From NCBI GenBank assembly GCA_032718475.1, contig JAUCBJ010006587.1, positions 62,001 through 126,000 on the forward strand: a stretch of DNA of 64,000 bases. The letters are read 5' to 3'. A program made the position numbers and the translations under genes. Source of the stretch: Nemertoderma westbladi (taxonomy: Eukaryota; Animalia; Xenacoelomorpha). How positions within the stretch are numbered: position 1 is the first letter of the stretch; each line of letters opens with the position of its first letter. Shown here piece after piece: positions 63,201 to 64,000 of this stretch. Under the pieces are notes generated by a model. That model worked only from the letters and a program-made list of their open reading frames with translations, had not been told where the DNA came from and searched no databases.

Positions 63201-64000
63201 TGTTCGCGCTTTCAGACCTTTAGCAGTTTAACCTGCCAAATTTAGATGTCTTCTAGATTATAAATCGACTTTAGCCTATGACGAGTATTTGATACACTAC
63301 ATTAGCCGAAGCCAGTCTATGCGCGACCATTCACCCGCTGGATATACCCGGGAGACTGGATTCGGAAGCTTTGACCTTATTGCGGTGTAGGCCTACTGTA
63401 TTATTCGACTGATCGTTAATATATAATTTCTGACAAATATTATTCACTTTCGGGAAATATCAACAGTTCCTTTAGGACGTGGCGCTCTAAGTATGTAAAC
63501 AGAGTTATGACTTACACTAAACACAACGGGATGGCTATTGATTCACGTATAAAGCGCATTCTTTAGGAGATGCTTTGTTATCAGTCACAATCATGCACAC
63601 TACCGCACAATGCTGCCCACCGATCTGCCGACCTTCACTAATTTTAGTCACATATAAAGAGAACAGCAACCGACACATGTAGTGCCTATGAAATAGCATT
63701 AGATTCACTCCAAAACCACTTTAATGTAAGTCGCAATTGTTATATGTAACCGGTCTCTTACCTTCAGTATATCAAGAAGATTGGGGTTTTATGATTATTT
63801 ATCGATATTATCCAAATATAACAATATTCCATCAACTGATATAATTAATAACTGACAGTAAATAGCAGTAAAAATGCGGTGTTTGTAGGTGACAATATGA
63901 TTTGTAACAATATGAATTGCGTTGATATGAGGTGCGATGGGTAGGATAACAGTTATACGTTTCTATAATCAAGCACACACTGACTGAATTGCGTGAGTTT
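63201..64000 (-). repeat. 5' LTR of element C (partial)
   Basis: Matches 51344-52143 with about 2 substitutions seen. Confidence 0.95.

Larger units (their letters stand above)
51344..64000 (-). mobile_element. BEL/Pao LTR retrotransposon copy C (RT/RNase H present, integrase core deleted); 5' LTR runs off the window
   Basis: 3' LTR 51344-52460 (1117 bp), 5' LTR from 63201 near-identical to it, PPT-like site at 52461-52468. Confidence 0.95.

Overview
AT-rich animal (probably marine invertebrate) genomic DNA. Left third: the 5' four coding exons of a DMXL/Rabconnectin-3alpha gene (minus strand, continuing off the left edge), an intronless multi-C2H2 zinc-finger gene, an intronless TRIM-like (RING/B-box/coiled-coil) gene, minisatellites and several MITE-like inverted-repeat elements. 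Right two thirds: three related, young but defective BEL/Pao LTR retrotransposons. Element A (22490-48217, TSD CACTC) carries a 5'-truncated RTE LINE in gag and has element B (35986-47932, TSD GCGCC) nested in its 3' LTR. Element C (51344 to beyond 64000, minus strand) keeps RT/RNase H but lacks the integrase core. Main observation: none of the three has a tRNA-type (TGG...) primer-binding site. Instead the 11-12 nt abutting each 5' LTR are exactly complementary to a site inside the same element's LTR, and both sites change together across the three subfamilies. This points to Tf1-like self-primed reverse transcription in a BEL/Pao lineage. The family also carries an unexplained extra non-env ORF between pol and the 3' LTR. 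Coordinates were counted by eye and no database search was possible.
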